Of a stretch of DNA of 64,000 nucleotides, positions 62,891-64,000 are shown one piece after another (within the stretch, counting starts at the first letter, position 1; each line of letters opens with the position of its first letter). The position numbers were made by a program, and so were the translations under genes. The notes under the pieces were generated by a model. That model made no database searches. It was not told where the DNA came from and saw only the letters and a list, made by a program, of their open reading frames with translations. This DNA comes from Rhodospirillales bacterium (GTDB lineage Bacteria > Pseudomonadota > Alphaproteobacteria > Rhodospirillales > SHVQ01): the NCBI GenBank assembly GCA_009694195.1, contig SHVQ01000009.1:10294-74293 (forward strand), in the 5' to 3' direction.

Positions 62891-64000
62891 TCACCCAGGC
62901 CAAGCGGCCAAGGGGATTCTTGCGGGGATTCCCCGCAAGACCCCAGGGGGCATTTGCGGGGGACACCCCCGCAAGACCCCAAGGCCGCGCGAGTCGAAGG
63001 ACGCTTCGCTCGGCCGGGGTGACGATTGAGGAATACGAGGGGACTCATCCGTTGGCGTCAATCCACTCGGAGTCTGTCTACTGCGCGGCCGAGGGGGGGC
63101 GGTTCGTACCCCCGTCACGTTGGCGCCGTCCGCGTCCAGCCGTTCGGTCAGGAAGCCGATCAGCCGCTCCGTCGGCAAGGCCGGGCTCAAGAAGTAGCCC
63201 TGGATTTCGTCGCAGCGGTATTGGCGGAGAATGTCGAGCTGCTCGGCCGTCTCCACTCCTTCCGCCACGATCCGCCGGTTGAGCGTATGGCCCATGGTGA
63301 TGATGGTGCGAATGATCTCGGCGTCGTCCGCGCTCGTCGCGATGTCGGCGACGAAGCTCCGGTCGATCTTGATCGTGTCGATCGGGAACCGCTTGAGATA
63401 GCTCAGCGACGAATAGCCGGTCCCGAAGTCGTCCATGGCCACATGGATGCCCTTCTCGTGCAGCGCCCTGAGCGCCACCACGGTTCTCTGGGTGTCCGAC
63501 ATCAACATGCTCTCGGTGATCTCGATTTCGAGATGGGCGGGCTCGACGCCCGTTTCCTCGAGCACGCGCTCGACGACCGACACGAAGGCCGCTTCGCGGA
63601 GCTGGCGCGCCGAGAGATTGACGGCGACGCGGATCGGCGGGAGGCCCGCGCGGCGCCAAGCGAGATGCTGCTGGCAGGCGGTGCGGATGGCCCATTCGCC
63701 CACTTCCACCACCATTCCCGTCTCTTCCAGCACGGGGATGAAGCGCCCGGGCGAGACGCTGCCGAGCGTCTTGTTGTCCCACCGGAGCAACGCTTCGGCC
63801 GTTGCGATGCGGCCGGTGGCCAAGTCGAGCTTCGGTTGGAAATGGAGCGTGAATTCGCCGTTCTCGAGCGCCTTGCCAAGCCCGTTCTTCAGGACCAGGC
63901 GTTCTTTCATCTCCTGATTGAGATCGCTGGTGAAGAACTGATAGTTCGCCTTGCCCTGCTCCTTCGCACGGTACATGGCGGAGTCCGCGTTGCGGAGAAG
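62891..64000 (-). CDS. GGDEF-EAL c-di-GMP signalling protein, C-terminal part (5' end outside window)
   Basis: The frame is open to the window edge: LLRNADSAMYRAKEQGKANYQFF is the end of a GGDEF domain. The EAL domain follows with EALLRW, DDFGTGYSSLSYLKRFPIDTIKID and EGVET. A ~90-aa low-complexity tail comes after it. Confidence 0.85.
   Translation of the reverse strand, partial: LLRNADSAMYRAKEQGKANYQFFTSDLNQEMKERLVLKNGLGKALENGEFTLHFQPKLDLATGRIATAEALLRWDNKTLGSVSPGRFIPVLEETGMVVEVGEWAIRTACQQHLAWRRAGLPPIRVAVNLSARQLREAAFVSVVERVLEETGVEPAHLEIEITESMLMSDTQRTVVALRALHEKGIHVAMDDFGTGYSSLSYLKRFPIDTIKIDRSFVADIATSADDAEIIRTIITMGHTLNRRIVAEGVETAEQLDILRQYRCDEIQGYFLSPALPTERLIGFLTERLDADGANVTGVRTAPPRPRSRQTPSGLTPTDESPRIPQSSPRPSEASFDSRGLGVLRGCPPQMPPGVLRGIPARIPLAAWPG
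62918..62985. repeat. tandem pair of ~35-bp hairpin units (TCTTGCGGGGA-t-TCCCCGCAAGA + gaccccagg; TTGCGGGGG-aca-CCCCCGCAA + gaccccaagg)
   Basis: Read directly. They lie inside the last ~30 codons of the EAL ORF and between it and the convergent FliG_C ORF. Confidence 0.8.

Noticed and set aside
62724-63029. 101-aa + strand ORF downstream of the FliG_C ORF, with repeated G(I/H)PRKTP.
   Set aside because: Its sequence is simply the translation of the tandem hairpin repeats and of the antisense strand of the EAL tail. There is no independent coding evidence.
1-64000. Search by eye for CRISPR arrays, tRNA/rRNA genes, IS elements, integrases and prophage genes.
   Set aside because: No regularly spaced direct repeats, tRNA-like cloverleaf regions, rRNA segments or transposase/integrase-like ORFs were seen. 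A covariance-model scan (tRNAscan/Infernal) would be needed to exclude small RNAs formally.

Overview
GC-rich chromosomal segment with alphaproteobacterial gene order: holB-metG ... tatD-MBL-mazG; hflX-hfq; ntrX-ntrY-ntrC-ntrB-dusB; ispDF; sdhE-mfd divergent from recG. I saw no rRNA, tRNA, CRISPR array, transposase or integrase by eye. Most of the window is housekeeping. The main candidate for an undescribed system is a ~15.7 kb block at 32.7-48.4 kb, just downstream of a Phd/VapC module. It combines an orphan ThDP-dependent E1 alpha/beta pair with no E2/E3, a ColD-type 3-dehydratase (His-for-Lys, DegT family) and an SDR. It also holds two cobalamin-type radical SAM enzymes, a sugar kinase / nucleotidyltransferase / Nudix trio, a SAM methyltransferase and a di-iron hydroxylase. 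An ArnC/GtrB-like GT2 lies convergent with a polytopic GT-C-like membrane protein. I read this as a pathway for a heavily tailored nucleotide sugar (3,6-dideoxy, C-branched, C-methylated) delivered through a polyprenyl-phosphate carrier to a periplasmic acceptor; this is inference, not proof. Other notable points follow. A 12-bp AT-rich palindrome TCTACTAGTAGA occurs three times, twice upstream of a small RHH-like ORF and once inside the MBL CDS using rare codons. A small accessory islet sits between metG and tatD (DUF4160/DUF2442-HTH pair, methyltransferase, ParB-like mini-protein, GYD). An ABC substrate-binding gene carries an in-frame amber codon, and a cNMP-binding gene is frameshifted. 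There is a SulP-STAS-cNMP fusion transporter. The type I secretion ABC protein has a degenerate signature motif and a ~215-aa Pro/Ala-rich N-terminal extension. An orphan FliG C-terminal-domain ORF lies next to a GGDEF-EAL gene whose 3' tail runs through tandem hairpin repeats. Several REP-like palindromic elements occupy intergenic regions. Many long antisense ORFs in the track are GC-driven shadows.
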